Assembly: GCA_963810935.1 (NCBI GenBank)
Contig: CAWEPK010000016.1
Span: 1-64,000, forward strand
Length of the DNA stretch: 64,000 nt
Direction: 5' to 3'
Source: an uncultured delta proteobacterium
GTDB lineage: Bacteria > Desulfobacterota > Syntrophorhabdia > Syntrophorhabdales > WCHB1-27
Part shown: piece after piece, positions 49,905-58,440 of the stretch
How the letters are laid out: each line of letters opens with the position of its first letter
Position numbering within the stretch: the first letter of the stretch is position 1
Made by a program: the position numbers and the translations under genes
The notes under the pieces: generated by a model
The model's input: the letters and a program-made list of their open reading frames with translations, nothing else
The model's database searches: none
What the model was told of the DNA's origin: nothing

Positions 49905-50922
49905 GGAAAGGGATTACCTGCGCGTCGATTCTTTTATGGCCGGCGTCGTCGAGGCGGGGGCCGTGGCGTGCGCTCTCGAGACGGGCCTGATAGACCATCT
50001 CCTCGACCACGGGCCTGCCACGCAGGCAGAGATAGAAGAACGCCTGTCTATCGACGCGCCGGGCGCGGACATGCTGCTCGGCCTTTTGAAAGCGAACGGA
50101 GTGGTGAGCGAGAAGGACGGCAGAATAGGCCTGACAGCCGGGTTCGCCGACACCCTCCGATATCGCGGTCTTATGGAGACCAAGCTGGAATTTGCGCGCC
50201 TTGTCCTCTCCGATTTTACGGACCTTTTCGGCGCGCTTATCACCGACCCCGGCCGGTTCGTCCGCTCCTCCCGTACGTTCGAGCTTTTCTCCTACGGCCG
50301 CGCATTGGAATATACCCCGGAGAATTACGAGGCTACGCGGCGATGGGTGCGCTTCACGACGGCCCTTACGCGCTGCGAGGCCGCATCCTGCATAGCCCGG
50401 TACGATTTCGGCCGCCATCGCAGTATGCTCGATGTAGGCGGCAACAGCGGCGAGTTCGGCCTTCAGGTCCGTAAGAGACACGCTGGGCTGAAGGTCAGCG
50501 TTTTCGATCTGCCGCTCGTATGCGATATAGGCAGACAGCACGTAGCACAGGAGCCGGAGGCCGGGCGGATAAGCTTTATCGAAGGAAACGCCTTTGCCGA
50601 TCCGCTGCCGCCTTCCTTCGATCTAATTTCCTTCAAATCGATGCTGCACGACTGGCCGGACAAGGAGGCGTACTTTCTGCTCGAAAAGGCAGCCGCGGCG
50701 CTCGAGCCGGGGGGCTCCCTAATGATATTCGAGCGGGGCCGCCTGCCTTCGGGCCAAACGCTGCCTTATGCCTCCATCCCTATCCTGCTTTTCTTCAGGT
50801 ATTTCCGTGAACCGGGGTTTTACGAAGAGAGTCTGTCGGTCCTTGGACTTCACGACGTCGGGGTGACGGAGATAATGCTCGACTCGCCCTTTTACCTCAT
50901 TACGGGGACGAAAAAGAAATAA
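49891..50922 (+). CDS. Class I SAM O-methyltransferase (Methyltransf_2-like)
   Basis: N-terminal dimerisation/wHTH region, LDVGGNSG, FDLP, GNAF, SMLHDW. Confidence 0.88.
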   Translation: MEYSEERDYLRVDSFMAGVVEAGAVACALETGLIDHLLDHGPATQAEIEERLSIDAPGADMLLGLLKANGVVSEKDGRIGLTAGFADTLRYRGLMETKLEFARLVLSDFTDLFGALITDPGRFVRSSRTFELFSYGRALEYTPENYEATRRWVRFTTALTRCEAASCIARYDFGRHRSMLDVGGNSGEFGLQVRKRHAGLKVSVFDLPLVCDIGRQHVAQEPEAGRISFIEGNAFADPLPPSFDLISFKSMLHDWPDKEAYFLLEKAAAALEPGGSLMIFERGRLPSGQTLPYASIPILLFFRYFREPGFYEESLSVLGLHDVGVTEIMLDSPFYLITGTKKK

Positions 50923-50966
50923 AAGAGCGGAGACAGGGGGCAGGCCCGGCTAATCGCCCGGCAGGG

Positions 50967-51710
50967 TTATTTCCTGTAAAAACGCACCCTGCATTTAAGG
51001 CCCGCCGGCAGGCCGTGACCGGGGTTGGGCAGCTCCACCCTGATGCCGAAGGTACCGCTCGCCGCGTCAATGACCTTGTCCACTATGACTACCCGTCCCG
51101 TGTGACTGCCGCCGACCGGGGCCTCCGGTCTCACCTCTGCGAGCATACCTTTCGTTATTGTCCCGTAGCGCCTCACCGGGACCACCACTTCAACGTTGAG
51201 CGGGTTGATCTGGGCCACCATCAGGATAGGCTTGTCGCCGACATAATCGCCGGCCGTCAGATCCCGCTTCACGACAACGCCGTCGACCGTGCTGCGGATG
51301 TTTCGCATCTCGAGCTTAGCTTTTGCCTCTTCGAGCACGGCTTCGCCTTTCTTCATCTCCGTCTCGATCTCGTCTTTCTCATTGGCGGAGATATGCTCTT
51401 GAGCGAATAGCTCCGCGTTGCGGTTGAGCTTGCGCTTACTGAAGCCGAGCTGAGCCTCCGCGAGATGAACGTTGGCCCTTTCCACTGACGCGCGCAGGGT
51501 AGCCAGTATCTGGCCTTTTTGTACGACGTCGCCGCGCTCGACCAGCACCTCGTCGATGATGCCCGGCACCTGGCTGCTGATTTTGACTTCGCGGTACGGC
51601 TCTATCATGCCGTCCAGGTACTCCGAGGGGCCGGTCGCTCGCGCAGAGGCGCAAAAAAGGACCGGAAGAACGGCCGCCAGAAAAATAGTCGCACGGAGAA
51701 TCCTGTTCAT
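50967..51710 (-). CDS. Periplasmic adaptor (MFP/RND efflux subunit)
   Basis: Signal peptide, SSQVPG.I..V.VERGDVV.KGQ.L, DKVIDAASGTF. Confidence 0.88.
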   Translation of the reverse strand: MNRILRATIFLAAVLPVLFCASARATGPSEYLDGMIEPYREVKISSQVPGIIDEVLVERGDVVQKGQILATLRASVERANVHLAEAQLGFSKRKLNRNAELFAQEHISANEKDEIETEMKKGEAVLEEAKAKLEMRNIRSTVDGVVVKRDLTAGDYVGDKPILMVAQINPLNVEVVVPVRRYGTITKGMLAEVRPEAPVGGSHTGRVVIVDKVIDAASGTFGIRVELPNPGHGLPAGLKCRVRFYRK

Positions 51711-51723
51711 CGAACCTTCCTCT

Positions 51724-53712
51724 TTACTCGCCCAGCCCTGAAAACGAAAGAAGCGTGCCCATCCGCTCGTCCTGTTTGAGAAGCTCCCGTCTCGCCCTGG
51801 CGTGAGCGCGCTCCATCTTGCGCTGAGCATGTAATATAGCGATTTTCGAAACTAGTGTCCATAGGCACGGGAGGCGTCGCGGCACGCGCCTGGCTGCCCA
51901 TCCGAATATACCGGCCCTTCCGCCTTCCAGAAGCGAGTCCTCCATCGATAGGATCGCTTCGAAGCTGCCCGGGTCCCCCTGGCGGCCGCAGCGGCCTCCG
52001 AGCTGCCGGTCGATCCTTCCCGCGTCATGGCGCTCCGTCAGGATCACGTGAAGGCCGCCGAGCTCCGCCACACCCGGCCCCAGCTTTATATCCGTGCCCC
52101 TTCCGGCCATGTTCGTCGCTATCGTAACGGCCCCCGGCCGGCCTGCCTGTGCCACTATCGCCGCTTCGTCGCTGTCATTCTTTGCATTGAGCACGCAATG
52201 GGCCATGCCCGCCTCCGTGAACGACTTGCTGAGGCTTTCGGAGGCCGCGACGGAGCGCGTCCCGATGAGCACCGGGCGGCCCCTTTGGAAAAACTCGTCA
52301 ACCCGCTCCACGACGGCCATCTTCTTCTCGGACAGGGTTGGGGCCACGAGGCCGGGCAATGTTTTGCGCCTGAGCGGCTTTTCCGTCGGCACGCGCGCAA
52401 CGGCAAGGCCATAGACCGACCACAACTCCTTCCTCACCTCCCAGGCAGTGCCCGTCATGCCGCAAAGGTGCAGGTAACGGCGGAAGAAGCGCTGGTACGT
52501 GATGCGCGCCATCGATTCGACCTGCCGGGTCAGCTCGCAACCCTCCTTTATCTCGATGAGCTGGTGGATGCCGCGCTCCCACGAGCGGTCCGGCATGAGC
52601 CTTCCCGTATACTCATCGACTATCTGCACCTTGCTCTCTCTCACAAGGTAATGGATATCCGGCCGGAAGAGATAGAGGGCAGCGAGGGCCTTCCGTATAG
52701 TCTCCTCGCGCCTTATGGTCCCGGCCCACAGGGGCCCCAAGGCGGCCGAGGCTTGTCTGACGTGCTTGAGGCCGCTGTCTGTCAGGTCTATCTTATTTTT
52801 GTCCAGGTCCAGTATATAGTCGTTGCCCTCCCTCATGGCAAGGGCAAGCGACATGCCCTGGCGCAGGAAAGTCTCTTCATCGCCGGTGTCTCCGCCTCCC
52901 GATATAATGAGCGGAGTACGGGACTCGTCGACCAGTATGCTGTCCGCCTCGTCGCAGATGCCGAAATGGAGGCCCCGCAAAAGAAGACGGCTGTCCCTTG
53001 CATCATGCGAGTGAAGGTATTCCGCCTGCAAGCGCAGGCTGTCCGTTATAGGGCCGAGGGTCAGTCTGTCGCGCAGGTAGTCGAAGACCACTTCCTTATT
53101 GGTGCAGTACGTGATATCGCACCCGTAGGCCGCCTGCCGCTCCCCGGGGTCTTTGTCGTGGACGACGCAGCCAACGGACAGGCCGAGGGTAGCGTAAACG
53201 GGGCCCATGGCCTCTGCGTCGCGGGCGGTAAGGTAGTCGTTAACGCAGATCACGTGGACAGGGATGCCCGCAAGTGCGGCCGCACCCGCTGCAAGCGTGG
53301 CGGTCAGCGTTTTTCCCTCCCCCGTCTCCATCTCGGCGATCGTCCCTTTTAAGAGCAGAAAACCGCCCATCAACTGGCTGTCGAAATGGCGAAGTCCGAC
53401 GGTCCTCTCCGAGACCTCACGGATGATGGCGAACAGGCGCCCGGCCGGCTCGACATCGAAGCCTTTTATCCTCGCTTCCATGCCCAGGCGCCTCGCCTCC
53501 GCCCGTAATTCCACGTCGCTCATCCGGGACACGGCGGCAGCGTGCCTGCCGGCAGCGGTCACGATTTTTCTGCTCCGGCGGAACAGGTGCAGGGATAGCG
53601 CAACGGGCGCGCATAAGACCTTCGCTGCGCGCTCGACGGAAGAAAGCGCAGGGTCCTTCTTTTCAGGCCTGAGGCTGCGGGTTGCGGGGGGATGAAATAT
53701 CTGGCGTCCCAT
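51724..53712 (-). CDS. Accessory, C-terminally shortened SecA-like ATPase
   Basis: EMETGEGKT, NDYL..RD, DEADSIL, ATNMAGRGTDI, RIDRQL.GR.GRQGDPG; 662 aa. Confidence 0.9.
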   Translation of the reverse strand: MGRQIFHPPATRSLRPEKKDPALSSVERAAKVLCAPVALSLHLFRRSRKIVTAAGRHAAAVSRMSDVELRAEARRLGMEARIKGFDVEPAGRLFAIIREVSERTVGLRHFDSQLMGGFLLLKGTIAEMETGEGKTLTATLAAGAAALAGIPVHVICVNDYLTARDAEAMGPVYATLGLSVGCVVHDKDPGERQAAYGCDITYCTNKEVVFDYLRDRLTLGPITDSLRLQAEYLHSHDARDSRLLLRGLHFGICDEADSILVDESRTPLIISGGGDTGDEETFLRQGMSLALAMREGNDYILDLDKNKIDLTDSGLKHVRQASAALGPLWAGTIRREETIRKALAALYLFRPDIHYLVRESKVQIVDEYTGRLMPDRSWERGIHQLIEIKEGCELTRQVESMARITYQRFFRRYLHLCGMTGTAWEVRKELWSVYGLAVARVPTEKPLRRKTLPGLVAPTLSEKKMAVVERVDEFFQRGRPVLIGTRSVAASESLSKSFTEAGMAHCVLNAKNDSDEAAIVAQAGRPGAVTIATNMAGRGTDIKLGPGVAELGGLHVILTERHDAGRIDRQLGGRCGRQGDPGSFEAILSMEDSLLEGGRAGIFGWAARRVPRRLPCLWTLVSKIAILHAQRKMERAHARARRELLKQDERMGTLLSFSGLGE

Positions 53713-53727
53713 CGTTTATACCGAAAA

Positions 53728-55893
53728 TCAGACGTTCAACCGGCGCAAAAGGACACGGCGGATCGCACGGCGCCACCGGGACGACAGAGGCTCCGGGGTG
53801 TGGACGAACCGCACAAATACGCGCTCGCCCACCCCTCTGGCCTGCACGCCCGGCAGGAGGATATCAAAATTGAAAAGCTTCTCGAAGGCCTTGGGGTTGC
53901 GGGTCTCCTTCGGGTCGAGGGCCACGGAGCCTCCGCCCTGGACGCTCAGGGCCATGCTCGGCAGGTCCTTCGACGCAGCCGGGACTTCCCGCTGTATAGA
54001 GGCGGCAGTGACGGTGGGCAGCGATTCGGCGAGGCGCGCCTCGACCCTGCGCGTCCGGTGCCTGATATGCTCTACGTCTGCCTGGTTGACGATCACCCGC
54101 ACCACCGTCTTCGAGAAATCGACCACGTAGCCCACAGGCGTGCCCCTGTGAACGAACCTGCCCGGCCAGTCCTCCGACTGGGGCAGCAAAAAAGTCCCGG
54201 AGGCGGGGCTGCGCACGATCATCTCCGACATCCTCTCTTCAGCCCGGACCAGCTTCGCCCGGACCCTGCCCATCTCGTCCTTCAATATTTCCGTCTGCGT
54301 GCGGTCCGTCATAAGGCTGACCCTCATGCGGACGTCTACCTCGTTCAAATTTGCCTGTAGCACTTTCATCTCGGCCCGAAGGCCGGGGGCATCGCAGAAC
54401 AAGAGCGGCTCGCCCTTTGAGACACCCGCGCCCGAGACGGCAAGGACTTTGACGACAAAGCCGTCCGCGCCGGCGAAGACCTGCGATTCCTCCGGCACCC
54501 ATACGACGCCTTCGGCAACGGTCGATGAGGGCAGGGGATACCAGGCTACGAAAGCTGCAAGCGGGCAAATGACGGCTGCCGCAATAGCGGTCACCCGTAA
54601 GGCGTGCTCACGCATCTCGCTCGCCACGCGGCGTATGAGTTTCACCGTCGGCCAGACCAGCATGCTGAAGGCGGCCCAGAGGGCTAAAAGAACGCCTATC
54701 GCAAAAAACTTCGCGGCGACGAAAAGAAAGATGCTCACGGAGATGAAGATACGGTATGCAAAGGCAGCAATGGCATAAACCACAAGCCAGGGTTTTTCTC
54801 CCTGCGCGAGCACGGTCGAAGCGGCGCCCTTTATTCTGAGCAGGTAACGCTTGGCCAGATAGCCGACGTACTTGTTGGCCCTGTCGGCCAGGTTCGGGAT
54901 CTCCAGGTAGTCGGCGAGGATGTAATAGGAATCGAAACGGAGCAGGGGGTTGCCGTTTAGCAGCAGTGTAGAGAGCCCGGCGACGAATATGACGTTATAG
55001 GCTACGGTGCGCACCGTACCGGGTTCCGCGAGCGACCAGACGACAAGGGCAACAGACGCCAGGAGGAGATCGACTATGATCCCCGCGGCCCCGACGAACA
55101 TGCGCCTGCCTTTCTCCGGGAAGGCCGAAGCCCATGAAGCGTCCACGTACGGGAGGGGCATGAAGACGATGAGCATCACGCCCATCTCGTGGACTTCCCC
55201 GCCTAGCCTTTTGACTGCATAAGCGTGGCCGAACTCATGGAGTATTCTAGAGATAGGGTAGATGAGGGCTATGAGTATAAGGTTCTCCGCGCTTAATACG
55301 CGGTCCGTGACGTTGCTTGAAAGCCCCTGCCAGTGTACGCCCAGAAGCAGAAAGGCGATTGCGAGGAGCATGCCCCCGAGGACTGCGCCCGTTTTGCCGA
55401 GGAAGGGCCGGACGAGGAAGAGGCTCCTGTCCAGAAACGAGTTCGGGTCCCAGACCGGGAAGCTCATAGCCGCCGGAGACCGCACGATAGCCATCCAGCG
55501 GCTGCTCTTATCCTTCCTGCTCCTCTTGGCCAGATCTGCGATGTCGGGCAGCCTGTCCGATTGCAGCACGTCGTTCTGGTGCAGATAGGAGAGGAGGTTG
55601 ATTACCTCGCCTTGCGTCGGCATGTCGTCGCCTAGACGCTCGCAGGCCGCCTCCCATATCTCCTGCATAGTGCGCTTGCCGTCCATCAGGCCCACGATTG
55701 CGTAGGCTTCCTTCGAGAACCTGTGGAAGCGCCCGGTAGAGTTGTCCTGAAGGATGTACCAGTCGGTCTCCCTGTACACGTGATGGTGGAACTGCGTGTG
55801 GCTGCGCAGACGGGGGTACAGGCCGGAGACCCGGTACCACGACTCGCTGAAAAGGGTCTTTTGCTCTCCCGGAGTTTTTTTTAAGGACGCCAT
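53728..55893 (-). CDS. PqqD/RRE-like + M50 (site-2) peptidase + HlyD-like fusion
   Basis: N-terminal LQD...RFHRFS..AY.IVGLMDGKRT..EI; HEFGH; NGNPLLRFDSY; C-terminal lipoyl/coiled-coil adaptor. Confidence 0.85.
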   Translation of the reverse strand: MASLKKTPGEQKTLFSESWYRVSGLYPRLRSHTQFHHHVYRETDWYILQDNSTGRFHRFSKEAYAIVGLMDGKRTMQEIWEAACERLGDDMPTQGEVINLLSYLHQNDVLQSDRLPDIADLAKRSRKDKSSRWMAIVRSPAAMSFPVWDPNSFLDRSLFLVRPFLGKTGAVLGGMLLAIAFLLLGVHWQGLSSNVTDRVLSAENLILIALIYPISRILHEFGHAYAVKRLGGEVHEMGVMLIVFMPLPYVDASWASAFPEKGRRMFVGAAGIIVDLLLASVALVVWSLAEPGTVRTVAYNVIFVAGLSTLLLNGNPLLRFDSYYILADYLEIPNLADRANKYVGYLAKRYLLRIKGAASTVLAQGEKPWLVVYAIAAFAYRIFISVSIFLFVAAKFFAIGVLLALWAAFSMLVWPTVKLIRRVASEMREHALRVTAIAAAVICPLAAFVAWYPLPSSTVAEGVVWVPEESQVFAGADGFVVKVLAVSGAGVSKGEPLLFCDAPGLRAEMKVLQANLNEVDVRMRVSLMTDRTQTEILKDEMGRVRAKLVRAEERMSEMIVRSPASGTFLLPQSEDWPGRFVHRGTPVGYVVDFSKTVVRVIVNQADVEHIRHRTRRVEARLAESLPTVTAASIQREVPAASKDLPSMALSVQGGGSVALDPKETRNPKAFEKLFNFDILLPGVQARGVGERVFVRFVHTPEPLSSRWRRAIRRVLLRRLNV

Positions 55894-57740
55894 GACCAGA
55901 ACCAAAGCCTGAGCCAGTTACGGAGCTTCAGCGTCCAGATGTATATGAGCTTTTGCCGGTCTACCGATATCTTCCCTATGCCCTCCATCCCCGGCCTCAG
56001 TGTGTTTGTCGCCTTGTCGAGGGCCGCCTCCACGCGGAAGCAGTTCTTCCCCTCCTGGGCGGTTGCCAGCGGGGTGATTTTGCGGACGACGAAGCCGAAG
56101 GTATCGGGCAGCGCCGAAAGCACGAGAACGCCCCTCTGGCCCTCCCGCACGCGCGCGATCTCGGCTTCGTTCACCTGAAGGATGAGGCGGTAGCCCGCCA
56201 GAGGCGCGATCTCGAACAAAACCTCCCCTTCTTCAACCGCCGACCCGACCTTCTGGCTCAGGTCGCCGGCGAGGACGAGGCCGTCGAAGGGGGCCTTCAT
56301 GCTGGTCCGCTGCAGCTTTATATCGGCGAGATCGAGTTGGGCTATGACCTGGTCGAGCTGGGCCTTGATAACGTTCGCCTTGGCCCGATCGTGCAGGGCA
56401 ACGGCCTCCTGGTGCTGCCTGAGGAGCTGGCTTTCCTGGCCCGCGAGGTTCGTTTTCTCCAGGCGCAAATCGCGCTCGTCGAGGGTGCACATGACGCCTC
56501 CCTCGCGTACCGTGTCGCCGTGGCGGACATAGGCCTCCCGGATGTACCCTTTGAACGGGGCGGCGACCGTACGGCGAACCGATCCTTCGAGCGTCGCGGT
56601 TGAGGTGATCCGGTATTGGCCTTCGGCAAAGCTGAAAAAAGCGACCGCGCAGGCCAGAAGGAGCAGGATAAGCTTCATTCCGAGGTGGCCGGGACCCATA
56701 ACGCGCTTGAGCGCACTCAGCGCCGCGTCGTATGCGTATTTCGGGAAGGAAAGGGCTTGTACCCTTTTTCCTTCCAGTGCAGGGGCGGCCAGGGCGAAGA
56801 TGCTCTTGCAGATATTGACGTCGTCTGTATCGAAAGAGTCTTCTCCGTTCCTCTCAAGCGTGAGCGCCCCGTAATAACGGCCGCTCGCGTAAAGGGGAAC
56901 GGTGAGCATCGCGTTTACGCCGTACCGGCCCGCAAATGCTTCGTGGCTACGCGTCACGAGGGCGGGAGAGCCGGGGGGCGATGGATAGATGACCTCCGTG
57001 CCCTGCTGGATGGCTTCGTCCATCACGGTGCCGAGGGAGCGCACAAAACCCGTACGCTTGTCGAAGAGGGCGCTGTGGGAAATCGCCTGTATGCGGACTT
57101 TATGCTTTTTCAGGAAGCCGAGGCTGACCCGGTCGCACGCAAGACGGGCGGCGACGCCCGTTGCGAAGGTCATGCACGCGCCGTCGAATTTTTCCTGGGA
57201 GAGCACGTCGGCCAGAAGGTCGATTGCCGAGCGCAGCCGCGACATGACTGCCCCGTCTTCCCGCGTCTGCTGCCTTCTGAAGAAAAGCTCCAACAGGGGC
57301 ATACCCCACTGGAGCTGCTCCATGACCGGCCTTAGCTCTTCTTCCGACCTGACCGCCACCTCGATTGCCGCCACCCCATGAAGCCGGTCGTCGAAGAGAA
57401 GGGGGCAGGCGACCCCGAAAGTGCGCAAGGCTTGCCCGTCGCCGGGGGGTGCGGGCAGCTCGGTAAGAAGCGAGCGCCGTTGCGCGAGGCTGTTTTCGGC
57501 AACCTCCGCGAGCCGCTCGCCGTCTGCCTCCGGAGATGCTGACCAGAAGGCGATAGGCACAAAGCCGTCGCCACCGTCCTGTTGCATGACCAGGACGGCC
57601 TGTAGGGTGGAGCCGATCAGAGAAGACTGGAGGGCAAGCCAGCTTTGGGAGTACTCTTCGAGATTGCCTGCTGAGGCGATCCCCGTCCAGTGGGCAGACT
57701 GCTCCCTTGCGCCTTCCTCTCCGACACGCTCTTCAATCAC
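55881..57740 (-). CDS. GAF-domain HlyD-family membrane fusion protein
   Basis: Two GAF-like segments, a TM, VAAPFKG.I....V.HGD.V, LRPGMEG.GKI. Confidence 0.85.
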   Translation of the reverse strand: MIEERVGEEGAREQSAHWTGIASAGNLEEYSQSWLALQSSLIGSTLQAVLVMQQDGGDGFVPIAFWSASPEADGERLAEVAENSLAQRRSLLTELPAPPGDGQALRTFGVACPLLFDDRLHGVAAIEVAVRSEEELRPVMEQLQWGMPLLELFFRRQQTREDGAVMSRLRSAIDLLADVLSQEKFDGACMTFATGVAARLACDRVSLGFLKKHKVRIQAISHSALFDKRTGFVRSLGTVMDEAIQQGTEVIYPSPPGSPALVTRSHEAFAGRYGVNAMLTVPLYASGRYYGALTLERNGEDSFDTDDVNICKSIFALAAPALEGKRVQALSFPKYAYDAALSALKRVMGPGHLGMKLILLLLACAVAFFSFAEGQYRITSTATLEGSVRRTVAAPFKGYIREAYVRHGDTVREGGVMCTLDERDLRLEKTNLAGQESQLLRQHQEAVALHDRAKANVIKAQLDQVIAQLDLADIKLQRTSMKAPFDGLVLAGDLSQKVGSAVEEGEVLFEIAPLAGYRLILQVNEAEIARVREGQRGVLVLSALPDTFGFVVRKITPLATAQEGKNCFRVEAALDKATNTLRPGMEGIGKISVDRQKLIYIWTLKLRNWLRLWFWSWRP

Positions 57741-57833
57741 GGTCGTCTCTCCGGAAAGGAAGGTCCCACAATGGAGTACGCATCTTCATGCATCCGTTCT
57801 GCGTTACTGCAGGTGAGGGGGACTGCCGTACCT

Positions 57834-58163
57834 CTACTTGGGACCCGCCAGATCGAGGTCAAGCGTTCCAAACCGCGCTTCGTAGTCGGAAACGATCCGA
57901 TTAAGAAGCAAGGAAAGGCGTTTCGCCGCATAAGCGTTGAGAATGACGCGGTCCGTCAACTGCACGATGAGCTCGTTCTGGCCTGTCTGCCACGTCTGGT
58001 TCGTACCGAACAGGACGGTTACCTCTTCTCGCGTGCTCGACACGTTGCAAACGTTCGCGTAGGACGTCTTGAGGTTCGAATCGTCCCATTTTATCCTGAG
58101 CGTCCCATCCTGCTTAGGGGCGTCCTGTTTCGTTGCCGCGTCATCTTCTTTTGCCATTTGCAC
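57834..58163 (-). CDS. DUF3467 family protein
   Basis: GGAGG RBS; IKWDDS...YANVCNVSSTREEV..LFG...RVIL..YAAKRL...YEARFG. Confidence 0.8.
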   Translation of the reverse strand: MQMAKEDDAATKQDAPKQDGTLRIKWDDSNLKTSYANVCNVSSTREEVTVLFGTNQTWQTGQNELIVQLTDRVILNAYAAKRLSLLLNRIVSDYEARFGTLDLDLAGPK

Positions 58164-58440
58164 TACCTCCTGATACTTATTCTGGCCGGGACATAAGCCG
58201 CTCTATTCTAACCGATAAGGGTTTAAAACATCAAGTTTCCGATTCAGTGTAGCTTGCTACAGGGGTTGCCATGCTTCGAGTCCCTGCCGTTGGGGTATCC
58301 GCACACCTCACGACACGCAGTCATTGGGGCTCAGCGCTCCCTCCAACGGCATCAGCCGCTGGAGCCTCCTCCCCCCCCTTGGCGCGGCGCATACGCTTGC
58401 TTTATGACCCTGCTTCTTGCAGCAGGGTCATTTATTTAAT

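Noticed and set aside
51724..53712. Housekeeping secA
   Set aside because: Too short, lacks the C-terminal domains, and is embedded in an accessory operon
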